This document shows positions 28,466 to 37,975 of a stretch of DNA of 64,000 nt, piece after piece. Each line of letters begins with the position of its first letter. Positions within the stretch are counted from its first letter, which is position 1. The position numbers and the translations under genes are program-made. Source of the DNA: an uncultured Christensenellaceae bacterium (GTDB lineage Bacteria; Bacillota; Clostridia; Christensenellales; Borkfalkiaceae); contig CAJUIR010000006.1 in assembly GCA_910586655.1 (NCBI GenBank), forward strand, positions 5,723 through 69,722. Reading direction: 5' to 3'. The notes under the pieces are model-generated. The model did not search any database, was not told the DNA's origin, and saw only the letters and a program-made list of their open reading frames with translations.

Positions 28466-29116
28466 ATGGATAAACTGAAACAAATCAAAGGCGCTATTTT
28501 CGATTTGGACGGCACGCTGCTCGATTCCTTGGGAGCATGGTCGGAAATCGACCGCAGGTTTTTTGAAAAACGCGGAATCGCGCCGCCGCCCGACTATTCG
28601 CAGGCGGTAAAAAATTTATACTTAAAAGAGGCGGCGCATTATACGATCGAACGGTTTCAATTAAACGAGTCACCCGATGCGATTGTTGCGGAATGGAAAC
28701 AGATGACGCAAATATTCTACGATTGCGAAGTTGCGCTCAAACCGTACGCGAAAGCGTATCTGCAAACATTACATGCGCGCGGCGTGCGTCTCGGAATCGC
28801 CACGTCTTCCAGCCCCGAACTCTTTTTTCCCGCGTTAAAACGGGGCGGCGTAGCAAATCTGTTTACGGCGACCGTGACTTCCGATGAAGTCGGCTGCGGA
28901 AAATCTTCGCCCGACGTTTATCTGGAAGCGGCGCGGCGGCTGGAAGTTACGCCCAATGAATGCGCAGTGTTCGAAGATATTCCAACCGCCGTTAAAAGCG
29001 CGCGCAGCGCGGGATTTTACACCGTCGCCGTATTCGACAAACTTTCGGCGCACGAGGAACCGGTGCTCCGCCGGGAATCCGACTTATTTATCCGCTCCTT
29101 TTCGGAATTATGTTAA
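28466..29116 (+). CDS. HAD-IA family hydrolase (beta-phosphoglucomutase/phosphatase-like)
   Basis: Motif I FDLDGTLLDS, motif II IATSS and motif III/IV ...FEDIPTAVKSA. Confidence 0.8.
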   Translation: MDKLKQIKGAIFDLDGTLLDSLGAWSEIDRRFFEKRGIAPPPDYSQAVKNLYLKEAAHYTIERFQLNESPDAIVAEWKQMTQIFYDCEVALKPYAKAYLQTLHARGVRLGIATSSSPELFFPALKRGGVANLFTATVTSDEVGCGKSSPDVYLEAARRLEVTPNECAVFEDIPTAVKSARSAGFYTVAVFDKLSAHEEPVLRRESDLFIRSFSELC

Positions 29117-29146
29117 AGGGCTTCCCGAAATTTCGGGAAGCCCTTT
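29115..29146. terminator. Bidirectional terminator between convergent HAD and gpsA genes
   Basis: Stem AAAGGGCTTCCCGAAA/TTTCGGGAAGCCCTTT. Confidence 0.8.
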
Positions 29147-29158
29147 CCGATTTTAAAT

Positions 29159-30130
29159 TTAATCCCATTCCGCTTTAGTTTTACGCGCAAACAGTTTTCC
29201 GATCTCGTCGCGGCAGCGTTTCTCGTCGTCGCCCCAACCGAAACACGCGTGATATACCGCGTCGGTGATCGGCATTTCCACGTGATATTTTTTGCCGAGC
29301 AGACGCATCGCCTTGGACGTTGCAACCCCTTCCGCCAATTTTTCGAACCGCTGTCCTTTTGCCAGATTTTCCCCGTATTGACGGTTATGCGAATAGGGAG
29401 AAAACAGCGTCGTTTCATAATCTCCGAGATGCGCCAACCCGTAAGCGGAAAGTTCGTTCCCGCCCATTGCTTTGATCAAGGTGGCGACTTCTCTTGCCCC
29501 GCGCGTGATCAACGGTCCTTTGAGGGAGGGACAGATTGCATCCAACGCGCCCGCCGCGATCCCCATGACGTTTTTTGCCGCCGCGCCGATTTCCGTACCG
29601 ATGAGATCGTTTCCGTAATAGAAACGGATCAGGTTGCTTTTAAAACTGTCCGCCAACTTTCGCTTTAATTTATCGTTCGCGGAATCGATCACCATACAGT
29701 TCGGTTCCCCTCTCACGAAACTCTGAATGTGTCCTGGACCGACCCAAACGGCGATATGATCGTAAGCGACGCCGCTTTCGATCATTACTTCCGAAAGGCG
29801 TTTGCCCGTATCCACTTCGATCCCTTTCATACACAGGATAAAATTCTGCTCCTCACGCGTATAGGGAAGGATTTTGGGAATGAATTCGCGAAGTCCCTGC
29901 GCGCCGATGGAAATAACGATGACGTCGGCATGTTCCACTGCTTCGCGCAAATTGCAGGTGAGCGTAATTTTTTTATCGAGCGCAACGTATTCGTTGCGAC
30001 CCGTCTTTTTCAGGATCTGGTAGGAATAGCCGTCTTCGGGTCCCCATGAATACACTTCATTGCCGATGCTGTTTAAATACCAGGCAATAAACGAACCCCA
30101 TCTTCCGCAACCCAATACGGAAATTTTCAT
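29159..30130 (-). CDS. gpsA: NAD(P)H-dependent glycerol-3-phosphate dehydrogenase
   Basis: Rossmann N-terminus MKISVLGCGRWGS, then GPGHIQSF and IGAAAKNVMGIAAG. I set the start at ATG 30130, which has an AGAGGA SD. Confidence 0.88.
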   Translation of the reverse strand: MKISVLGCGRWGSFIAWYLNSIGNEVYSWGPEDGYSYQILKKTGRNEYVALDKKITLTCNLREAVEHADVIVISIGAQGLREFIPKILPYTREEQNFILCMKGIEVDTGKRLSEVMIESGVAYDHIAVWVGPGHIQSFVRGEPNCMVIDSANDKLKRKLADSFKSNLIRFYYGNDLIGTEIGAAAKNVMGIAAGALDAICPSLKGPLITRGAREVATLIKAMGGNELSAYGLAHLGDYETTLFSPYSHNRQYGENLAKGQRFEKLAEGVATSKAMRLLGKKYHVEMPITDAVYHACFGWGDDEKRCRDEIGKLFARKTKAEWD

Positions 30131-30158
30131 ACATTTTCCTCTTTTATATTGATTTGTT

Positions 30159-30752
30159 TTACAGTTCTTTGCGTTCAAGCAGCGCGCGCGCAAGCGTCAC
30201 CTCGTCGGCATATTCGAGTTCGGATCCGATGGGGACGCCGCGCGAGATCCGCGTTACCGTAACGCCGAGAGGTTTTAACAGTTTTGCGAGATACATTGCA
30301 GTCGCTTCGCCCTCTACGTCGGGATTGGTCGCCATGATCACTTCTTTCACGTCGCCTTCGTTGACGCGCACGAGCAGTTCTTTGATTCGGATGTCGTTCG
30401 GCGATACGCCGTTCATCGGATCGATCACGCCGTGCAACACGTGATAAACGCCCTTGAACTCGTGGATTTTTTCGAGCGCGATCACGTCTTTGGGTTCTTT
30501 GACCACGCAAATCACCGATTTATCGCGCTTCCGGCAGATCTCACACACGTCCGCTTCCGTGAAATTGCCGCACACTTTACAAAAGCGCACTTTGCGCTTT
30601 GCATTCAGGATCGCCTGCGCAAAGGCGTCTGCCTCGCTCTCGGTCATATTCACAACGCGGTATGCATAGCGCTGGGCGGTCTTCTTGCCTACGCCGGGAA
30701 GTTTGGAAAATTCGTTCATCAGTCTGCCGATGGGTTCGATAAACACTTCCAC
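30159..30752 (-). CDS. recR: Recombination protein RecR
   Basis: HhH N-terminus ([11 protein letters not shown]), C4 zinc finger [16 protein letters not shown] and a Toprim domain. Confidence 0.95.
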   Translation of the reverse strand: MEVFIEPIGRLMNEFSKLPGVGKKTAQRYAYRVVNMTESEADAFAQAILNAKRKVRFCKVCGNFTEADVCEICRKRDKSVICVVKEPKDVIALEKIHEFKGVYHVLHGVIDPMNGVSPNDIRIKELLVRVNEGDVKEVIMATNPDVEGEATAMYLAKLLKPLGVTVTRISRGVPIGSELEYADEVTLARALLERKEL

Positions 30753-31088
30753 TTAAAAAAGACCTCCGCCCATTGCACCGTATTTTCCCATCTTTTCCTG
30801 ATAGACTTCATCCGCCTTTTTATAACCGTCGAGAACAGCCGCCATGATGAGATCTTCCAGCATTTCCTCGTCGTCGGGATCGATGACCGATTTATCGATT
30901 TCGATTCCGTCGATGATTTTTTTCGCGTTCATATATACGACGACGGCTTCTCCGCCCGCAGTGCCGACGATTTCCCATTCGTCGAGGAGTTTCTCCGTTT
31001 CCTTCATCTCCTCCTGCATTTTCTGCGCCTGTTTCATAAGATTCTGCATTCCTGCGCCGCCCATGCCGCCTTTATTAAAACCTGCCAT
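30753..31088 (-). CDS. ybaB: YbaB/EbfC-family nucleoid-associated protein
   Basis: 111 aa, with a MQNLMKQAQKMQEEM start, sitting between dnaX and recR as is usual. Confidence 0.9.
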   Translation of the reverse strand: MAGFNKGGMGGAGMQNLMKQAQKMQEEMKETEKLLDEWEIVGTAGGEAVVVYMNAKKIIDGIEIDKSVIDPDDEEMLEDLIMAAVLDGYKKADEVYQEKMGKYGAMGGGLF

Positions 31089-31140
31089 TATTCTACTCCT
31101 TTCTAAGATTCAAAAAATTACTTTTGTCCGAAAAATAAAT

Positions 31141-32850
31141 TTACTTCAATTCGATCGGATAATCGGAAAAGTTTTTTTTCAGTTCCGAAAGCGCATCTGC
31201 GTCCTCTTTCTTTTTGGAACTTACAAGACGCACCTCGAAATCGAAGACGCCGATCGCCTGAAAGGTATCCGCCATGATTTTCTTGTGTTCCTCGCGCGAG
31301 AGGGAACGGAAAATCGTTTCGCTTTCGGTAGAGAGTACTAAAAGTTTCCCCTCAAAAGAAGCGGATAAGTCCGAACACATCGTAAACAACACGCCGTTCT
31401 TGCTGGTTTTGCGCAGAGTTCGGATAAACTTCCCGAACGCCGTTTCCGCTGTCATCTCCTCCGCCGGCGCGATCGGTGTTGCAAACGTCTCTTTGTCTTT
31501 CGGAGAAGCAGATAAGTTTTGGTCGTCAACGTTACCATGCTCGGAAAACTCGGGTTCGAACGGCGTATCCCAAACGGGTTCCTCTTCCGCAGCGCAATCG
31601 AACGTTACGAACTGCGTTTCATTCGACCGTTTGGTATCTTGTCTGGTCTGCTGCGGCAACGCTTCTCCCATGCCCTCTACGGGAAAGGAAGGAAGCGGCA
31701 TAGGCAGTTCGGACAGGCGTTTTTCAAGCGCACTCACGCGCACGAGAAGCGCGTCGATATCGTATTCTGCCTGCGGCATGGAAATGCGCATGATTGCCGT
31801 TTCCAACGCAATACGAGGAGAAGAAGCGAACCGAAGTTCAGACTCCGTTTTCGATAAAATTTCCGAGGCGCGCATGATCGCTCTTCCGTCCGATTCGTCC
31901 GCGATCTCTTTGATTTTACAAAACAGTTCTTTGGGAAGCGCAAGCAATTTTTCGGCGTTCGCGCAAGTCTTTGCCACCGCGATTTGACGCAGTAATTCCA
32001 ACAGGTCGCGCATGAGTACGCCGACCGATTTCCCCTCAGCGAGCAGATTTTCCGTTACAAAGAGCGCAGTGGGCATATCGGCGCAAAGCATTGCAAACGC
32101 AAGTTTCGCCGTCGTATCGAAATCGGCAGTTCCCAGCGCGGCGCAAACCGCTTCGTATGTGAGTTTATCGGAAAACGCAATACAGGTTTCCGCAATGGAC
32201 AGCATATCCCGATCGCTCCCCGCGCCTGCGCGCGCAATGGCGGCAACGGCTTCCGTCTCGTATTCTTTTCCGATTTCTTTGAGAATGCTCTTTAAATGCG
32301 CTTCCAGATCTTCGGCAGGAATGAGTTTGAAATCCAACCGCATGCAGCGCGAAAGAATAGTTGCGGGAATTTTGTGCGGCTCGGTCGTCGCCAGAATAAA
32401 GATCGCATGCGACGGCGGCTCTTCGAGCGTCTTCAAAAGCGCGTTGTATGCGCTGTCGGTCAGCATGTGAACTTCGTCGATGATATATACTTTGTATTTT
32501 CCCGTAACGGGAGGATACTGCACTTTTTCGCGCAGATCGCGCATTTCGTTTACGCCGTTATTGGACGCCGCGTCGATTTCCACCACGTCGAGCGAACCGT
32601 CCGCAATCGCTTTGCAGGCGGCGCACTTGCCGCAGGGCGACGCGCCCTTCGGACGTTCGCAGTTGACGGCGCGCGCAAAGATGCGGGCAACGCTCGTCTT
32701 ACCCGTTCCGCGCGGACCGCAGAACAGATAGGCGTGACCCACCGCACCCTGTTTGATTTGATTTTCAAGGACCCGAACGACGTGTTCCTGACGGACCATT
32801 TTATCGAACGAGTCGGGTCGGAATCTGCGATATAGCGATACGTGTGCCAT
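31141..32850 (-). CDS. dnaX: DNA polymerase III subunit gamma/tau
   Basis: Walker A GPRGTGKTS, zinc module CGKCAACKAI, Walker B IIDEVHML and SRC sensor motif. Confidence 0.95.
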   Translation of the reverse strand: MAHVSLYRRFRPDSFDKMVRQEHVVRVLENQIKQGAVGHAYLFCGPRGTGKTSVARIFARAVNCERPKGASPCGKCAACKAIADGSLDVVEIDAASNNGVNEMRDLREKVQYPPVTGKYKVYIIDEVHMLTDSAYNALLKTLEEPPSHAIFILATTEPHKIPATILSRCMRLDFKLIPAEDLEAHLKSILKEIGKEYETEAVAAIARAGAGSDRDMLSIAETCIAFSDKLTYEAVCAALGTADFDTTAKLAFAMLCADMPTALFVTENLLAEGKSVGVLMRDLLELLRQIAVAKTCANAEKLLALPKELFCKIKEIADESDGRAIMRASEILSKTESELRFASSPRIALETAIMRISMPQAEYDIDALLVRVSALEKRLSELPMPLPSFPVEGMGEALPQQTRQDTKRSNETQFVTFDCAAEEEPVWDTPFEPEFSEHGNVDDQNLSASPKDKETFATPIAPAEEMTAETAFGKFIRTLRKTSKNGVLFTMCSDLSASFEGKLLVLSTESETIFRSLSREEHKKIMADTFQAIGVFDFEVRLVSSKKKEDADALSELKKNFSDYPIELK

Positions 32851-32859
32851 GACCCCTCC

Positions 32860-33426
32860 TTATTCCCCCGTACGGGAATGTTTGGTAAACGCTTTTTGTA
32901 ATTTTCTCTTGGCGCGGGCGAGCGCATTATCTACGCTCTTGCTGTCTTTCCCCGCAACTTCCGCGATCTCCGCGTAACTCATTCCTTCGAGATACATCGT
33001 GACCACGCGAAACTCAAAATCGGACAGCACTTTCATCAGTTTCACGTCGAGTTCTCTGCGCGATTCTCCGTCGATGAGAAAATCTTCGGGCGTGTCGCCG
33101 TCCGAAATCAGGTCGAAATCCTGCCCTCCGTCCGTCTTGGGTTTTTTGTCTGCCGCACGGAGAACGTCGTAGATCCGACGGGTCACGCACAGATAGGCAA
33201 AGTTTTTAAAACTCTTTCCCGAATCCGCGCTATATGCGCCGATCGCGCCGTAAAGCCCGATCATGCCTTCCTGCACCAAATCTTCCGGCTCGCCGCCCTG
33301 TAAAAAATATCTTCTGGCACGGGCGCGGACGGCGCTCTTGTAGCGGAGCAGAATTTCTTCCGCCGCGCCGCCGTCTCCCGCTTGCGCACGCTTTACGAGC
33401 GTTTCGTCAGATTCACGTTCTTGCAC
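32860..33426 (-). CDS. sigH: Sigma-70-family sigma factor, SigH-like
   Basis: Region 2 (EDLVQEGMIGLYGAI) and a region 4 HTH (SYAEIAEVAGKDSKSVDNALARAKRKL). The mrnC-rlmB-sigH order matches Bacillus. I chose GTG 33426 as the start because GAGGTG lies 4 nt upstream. Confidence 0.8.
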   Translation of the reverse strand: MQERESDETLVKRAQAGDGGAAEEILLRYKSAVRARARRYFLQGGEPEDLVQEGMIGLYGAIGAYSADSGKSFKNFAYLCVTRRIYDVLRAADKKPKTDGGQDFDLISDGDTPEDFLIDGESRRELDVKLMKVLSDFEFRVVTMYLEGMSYAEIAEVAGKDSKSVDNALARAKRKLQKAFTKHSRTGE

Positions 33427-34117
33427 GGACCACCTCGTAAACCGCAATGCCGAGCGCGACGGACGCGTTCAGCGAATTGACTTTTCCGAACAGCGGGATC
33501 GAGAGCACCTGATCGCACTTTTCACGCGTGAGCCGTTTGACGCCGCTGTCCTCTCCGCCCACGACAAGCGCGACTTTGCCCGTCAGTTTCGTATCATAGA
33601 TACAATCTCCGCCCGCTTCCAAGGCATAGATCCAATATCCGAGTTTTTTCAATTCGTCGATGGCATAATTGATCGAAGGAACTTTTGCAACGCCGATATG
33701 TTCCGCCGCGCCCGCGGAAATGCGGATCACCGCGTCGGTAACGCTTGCGCCTTTGGCTTTTGGAATGATCACCCCGGCCGCGCCCGCGCACTCCGCAACG
33801 CGCAGAATACTTCCTAAATTGTGTACGTCTTCGATCCCGTCGCAGAGAACGAGCAAACTGTTTTCACCTTTGTCGAGCGAATACAGATCGGAGTAAACGA
33901 AATCGGTCGTATAAGCAATCACGCCCTGATGCCGTTTTTCCACGCTTTCTTTGTCAAGCGCCTTTTTATCTACGGACTGTACGCGGATATCCTTTTTCCG
34001 TGCCTCCGCGAAAATTTTGCCGAGGCTCCCCTGAGCGCCCTTTTCAAGCAATATTTTATCGACGGTTTTATCCGTTTTGAGAAGTTCTAAAACAGCGTTT
34101 CTTCCTTCTGTTTTCAT
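33413..34117 (-). CDS. rlmB: 23S rRNA (guanosine-2'-O)-methyltransferase RlmB (SpoU/TrmH family)
   Basis: SpoU motifs NLGSILRVAECAG, LVVGGEDSGV and IPLFGKVNSLNASVA. Confidence 0.88.
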   Translation of the reverse strand: MKTEGRNAVLELLKTDKTVDKILLEKGAQGSLGKIFAEARKKDIRVQSVDKKALDKESVEKRHQGVIAYTTDFVYSDLYSLDKGENSLLVLCDGIEDVHNLGSILRVAECAGAAGVIIPKAKGASVTDAVIRISAGAAEHIGVAKVPSINYAIDELKKLGYWIYALEAGGDCIYDTKLTGKVALVVGGEDSGVKRLTREKCDQVLSIPLFGKVNSLNASVALGIAVYEVVRART

Positions 34118-34521
34118 TGATCGGTTCCGTCCTTGTCTTCAAAAAATAATTCTTGGATCCGCGCGATCTGACCCGTAAGATATAGATAGCCGACGACCGC
34201 CTCGAACCCCGTGGAACGGACGTACTCCGCCACGGATGCGTTTTTGCTCTTGGTCGGCTTTTTGGCGTTGCGACCGCGGCGATAGATCTCCTGCTCCTCC
34301 TCGGTCAATTTGGGAAGTACACGCTCCAATGCTCCGCTCTGCCCGTGCGCAGAAACCTGCTCGCTTGCAAGGCGGTTGAGTTCACCCGTATGCGAACGGG
34401 AAGAACAGGCAAGACGCTCCCGCACGCACAGCGTATACACGGCGTCTCCCACGAATGCGAGAACAACGGGATTCATTTGTTTTGCCGCGTCTTTTTCGAC
34501 CGGCGCACTTACAGACAACAT
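34114..34521 (-). CDS. mrnC: Mini-ribonuclease 3
   Basis: LAFVGDAVYTLCVRERL and GFEAVVGYLYLTG motifs. Only the last 135 codons of listed ORF 34114..35166 are credible. Start at ATG 34521, or possibly 34476. Confidence 0.85.
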   Translation of the reverse strand: MLSVSAPVEKDAAKQMNPVVLAFVGDAVYTLCVRERLACSSRSHTGELNRLASEQVSAHGQSGALERVLPKLTEEEQEIYRRGRNAKKPTKSKNASVAEYVRSTGFEAVVGYLYLTGQIARIQELFFEDKDGTDQ

Positions 34522-34680
34522 TTTCCATATTATAGCATAAGGCAAACAAATTGACAAGCATTCCGAAACAAACTGTGACAAAACAAAAAATGTTTCACAA
34601 AACGTTTGCCTTTTTATCAGAATAGAATTATAATGAACGACGGATATTGAAATTTTACGGTCAGACAGGGAGAGAGAAGA

Positions 34681-36156
34681 ATGGAAGGCGTATTTTACAT
34701 TGACAACGGATTGGGATTTGCCGTGATTCTGGCAATTATCCTGCTCGGCACAAAACTGTGCGGACTGCTGTTCCGAAAAATCGGACTGCCGCAGGTACTC
34801 GGCTATATCATTGCCGGAATCATCATCGGACCCGCCATTTTCGGCGAACTTTGCGGATATTCGCTGATCGGTATTACCAAGCCCGATTCGGACGCGACGT
34901 ATAAGTGTCTGTTCTTGCTTTCTGGCGTCGACAAAGAGGGAGAAGCATTCCTGCTCGGTACGGACGGACTTGCGATCTTCTCGAAAATCGGCGTACTGCT
35001 GTTGATGTTCTCTACGGGTCTGGAAACCAACTTGAAAGAATTGAAAAAGACGGGACTTGCGGCGACATTGATCGCCTGCACGGGCGTTGCTGTTCCGATG
35101 GCGCTCGGCGTGCTCATCTGCTTGCCCTTCGGAGATATCGGTCTCGGCACCAAACACATTTATCAAAGCATTTTCGTAGGCGCGATTTTAACGGCGACGT
35201 CCGTTGCGATCACCGTTTCGGTTTTGAAAGAACTGGGTAAAATTTCCACCAAACTCGGCACGACCATCGTGTCCGCCGCCATCATCGACGACGTGATCGG
35301 AATCGTCGTTCTGTCCATCGTAACCGGTATTGCGAAATCGGGCGCAAGCGAAGCCACCGGCGGCTTTGAGGGATTCAAGGCGACGATCTACGGCACGATC
35401 ATTATGATCATCGCCTTCTTCATCGTTGCGATCGCGCTTGGATTCGGACTTTCCAAACTGTTCCGTTGGCTGGAAAAGAAGTTTCCCCACACGCGCAGAA
35501 TTCCGGTTTTCTCGCTTGCCATGTGCTTTATCTATGCTTGGGCTGCGGAAGAAATCTTCGGCGTTGCGGATATTACGGGCGCGTTCCTTGCGGGAATCAT
35601 TCTTTCCACCGCACACAATGCAAGCGAATATACCGATAAAAAAGTGGAAGTAAACACATATACGATGTTTGCGCCCGTGTTCTTTGCCAACATCGGTATT
35701 TCAAACATTTCATTTTTAGGCATGAACGGAATGGTGGTACTATTCGCGTTCCTTGCGGTAATTATGGGGCTGATCGGCAAAATTTTCGGTTGCGGAGCAG
35801 TTGCCAAAGCGTTTAAATACAACTGGCGCGAAAGCGCAATCGCAGGGGTGGGCATGATGGCGCGCGGAGAAGTCGCGCTGATCGTTACGGCTACGGCAAT
35901 GGATTCCGCCCTCGGCGACCATGCGCTGCCGCCCGAATTCATGATCATGACAGTACTTCTGATTCTCGTTTCGTCAATCCTCACCCCCATCTTCCTCAAA
36001 TTGCTTTATAAAGATAAGAAACCGCCCCAAGGCGGCGAAGCGGTTTTGTCCGAAGGCGAACCTGTTCAGGCAGACGACGAGATCGGCGCGAATGCCGCGG
36101 AAGCGGAAACGCCTGCAAGTGCAACGCTCCCTGCGGAAAGCCACGCGGAAAATTAA
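34681..36156 (+). CDS. Cation:proton antiporter (CPA2/Na_H_exchanger family)
   Basis: ~12 TM helices with the IIAGIIIGPAIFG start and a hydrophilic C-terminal tail. GGGAGAGAGAAGA precedes the ATG. Confidence 0.85.
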   Translation: MEGVFYIDNGLGFAVILAIILLGTKLCGLLFRKIGLPQVLGYIIAGIIIGPAIFGELCGYSLIGITKPDSDATYKCLFLLSGVDKEGEAFLLGTDGLAIFSKIGVLLLMFSTGLETNLKELKKTGLAATLIACTGVAVPMALGVLICLPFGDIGLGTKHIYQSIFVGAILTATSVAITVSVLKELGKISTKLGTTIVSAAIIDDVIGIVVLSIVTGIAKSGASEATGGFEGFKATIYGTIIMIIAFFIVAIALGFGLSKLFRWLEKKFPHTRRIPVFSLAMCFIYAWAAEEIFGVADITGAFLAGIILSTAHNASEYTDKKVEVNTYTMFAPVFFANIGISNISFLGMNGMVVLFAFLAVIMGLIGKIFGCGAVAKAFKYNWRESAIAGVGMMARGEVALIVTATAMDSALGDHALPPEFMIMTVLLILVSSILTPIFLKLLYKDKKPPQGGEAVLSEGEPVQADDEIGANAAEAETPASATLPAESHAEN

Positions 36157-36167
36157 ATGATTTCAAG

Positions 36168-36199
36168 AAAAGACGCACCGAACGGTGCGTCTTTTTTTT
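36168..36199. terminator. Bidirectional terminator between convergent antiporter and glmS genes
   Basis: Stem AGACGCACC/GGTGCGTCT flanked by an A-run and T8. Confidence 0.85.
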
Positions 36200-36208
36200 A
36201 TCGTTTAT

Positions 36209-37975
36209 TTACTCTACGGTGACGCTCTTTGCAAGATTGCGCGGTTTATCGGGATTGTTCCCGCGCGCAATAGAAACGTAGTACGCCAACGCCTGTAACG
36301 GCAGTACCGAAAGCACAGGCGTAAATTCCTCTTTGCAAACGGGAATGAGCACCGATGACGTCACTTCTTTCCGGTTACAGTATTCTTCAAAACAGGTGAT
36401 TAAAAACACCTTTGCACCGCGTGCATACACTTCGTGTACGGCGTTCATCGTTTTTTCGGCAAACGCTTTCTGCGTGAGTACGGCGACGACGGGCGTGCTG
36501 CAATCAACCAGCGCGAGCGTGCCGTGTTTGAGTTCGCCCGCGGGATAGCCTTCGCTCGGAAGATAGGTGATCTCTTTCAGTTTCAAACTGCCCTCTAAGG
36601 AACTTGCATAGTCGGCTCCGCGCCCCAGAAAAAAGACGCTGCGCGCACCGAGAAAATGCGGAACCCAACTGCGGACTTCCTCGCACGTTTCCTCCGCACA
36701 TTTGACTTGATCGAGCAAATCGTAGATGTGCGGCAGGCACTCCTCCCGCCCTTTTGCTTTTGCAAGCGCCGAAGCAAGCGAATACAACAAGACGAGTTGC
36801 GCATGAAAACTTTTGGTTGCGGCAACGGCGACTTCGCGCCCTGCGTTGGTGGGCAGCACCGCGTCTGCGATCCGCGTCAACGAAGAATAGGGTACGTTTG
36901 TCACGGCGGCAAGGTACGCCCCTTTGTTTTTGGCAAGTTGTGCCGCTGCAAGCGTATCCGCCGTTTCGCCGCTCTGACTGACTGCGAGCGCAAGCGTTCC
37001 CGATCGGACAATCGGATCGAGATAACGGTATTCGCTTGCAATACAAACTTCGACGGGGATACGGCACAGCGATTCGATCGCATATTTTGCGCAAAGCCCG
37101 CTGTGATACGCCGTTCCGCAAGCGACGATCTGGATTTGTTCCGTTTGCGTAAGGATCCGATAAAACTCCCGATACGTTTCCTCGGTATAATCGTAAATCG
37201 ATTTTCCGAGTACTTGGGGTATTTCCGCCATTTCCTTGCGCATGAAATGACGGTATCCTTTCAAATCGGGAATTTCTTCCTCTGCATCGTACTCGATTTT
37301 TTCCTTTTCGATCCGCACAAGATTTTGGTTGAAAAAGGTGATTTCCGTAGAGAGAACCGCCAACTCACCGTCATCGAGAGAATAAACGGTTACCCCCTCC
37401 GCCGCAATCGCGGAAACGTCGCTCGCGGCATACACGCCGTTTTTCCCGATCCCCACGACAAGAGGACTCGCCTTTCGGACGCAGACGATGCAATCGCACT
37501 CTTCGCAGACGACGGCAAGCGCATACGAGCCTTTGAGTCTTTCGACTGTATCTTTGACGGCGGTGACGAGATTTCCTTCATAATAAAAATCGAGAAGATG
37601 CGCGATGACCTCGCTGTCCGTTTCCGAAGAAAAAACGTCCCCCCGTGCGCGGCATTCCTCTTTCAGACTGTACTCGTTTTCGATAATGCCGTTATGCACA
37701 ACGGCGAATTTTCCGTAAACGTGCGGATGGGCGTTGATTTCGGAAGGCGCGCCGTGCGTCGCCCAACGCGTATGTCCGATGCCCAAATGCCCTTGGATTC
37801 CGCGCGCCGAAAACAATTCGGAAACGCTCCCTTTTTTGCGAACCAGTTGTAATTTTCCCCCGTCGACGACCGCAATCCCCGCAGAGTCGTAACCTCGGTA
37901 TTCGAGTTTTTCCAAACCGTTCAAGAGAATGGGCGCAGCGTTTTCACTGCCGTAATATCCGACGATCCCGCACAT
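36209..37975 (-). CDS. glmS: Glutamine--fructose-6-phosphate aminotransferase
   Basis: Ntn start MCGIVGY, two SIS domains and a KSVTVE C-terminus. The start ATG 37975 shares one nt with the glmM stop (TAATG). Confidence 0.95.
   Translation of the reverse strand: MCGIVGYYGSENAAPILLNGLEKLEYRGYDSAGIAVVDGGKLQLVRKKGSVSELFSARGIQGHLGIGHTRWATHGAPSEINAHPHVYGKFAVVHNGIIENEYSLKEECRARGDVFSSETDSEVIAHLLDFYYEGNLVTAVKDTVERLKGSYALAVVCEECDCIVCVRKASPLVVGIGKNGVYAASDVSAIAAEGVTVYSLDDGELAVLSTEITFFNQNLVRIEKEKIEYDAEEEIPDLKGYRHFMRKEMAEIPQVLGKSIYDYTEETYREFYRILTQTEQIQIVACGTAYHSGLCAKYAIESLCRIPVEVCIASEYRYLDPIVRSGTLALAVSQSGETADTLAAAQLAKNKGAYLAAVTNVPYSSLTRIADAVLPTNAGREVAVAATKSFHAQLVLLYSLASALAKAKGREECLPHIYDLLDQVKCAEETCEEVRSWVPHFLGARSVFFLGRGADYASSLEGSLKLKEITYLPSEGYPAGELKHGTLALVDCSTPVVAVLTQKAFAEKTMNAVHEVYARGAKVFLITCFEEYCNRKEVTSSVLIPVCKEEFTPVLSVLPLQALAYYVSIARGNNPDKPRNLAKSVTVE

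Noticed and set aside
34522-35166. N-terminal 215 codons of the 350-aa ORF 34114..35166
   Set aside because: Only the last 135 codons match Mini-RNase III. The upstream part is Arg/Gln-rich low-complexity sequence. It also runs antisense through the start of the well-supported cation:proton antiporter gene and across the divergent promoter region.
36656-37852. 398-aa plus-strand ORF
   Set aside because: It is antisense to glmS, which has unambiguous family motifs. The translation is Arg-rich and low-complexity. The same reasoning rejects 3087..3965, 4214..5098, 20065..20919, 26328..27227, 49871..50722, 61270..62349, 62586..63383 and the other long ORFs nested antisense in recognised genes.
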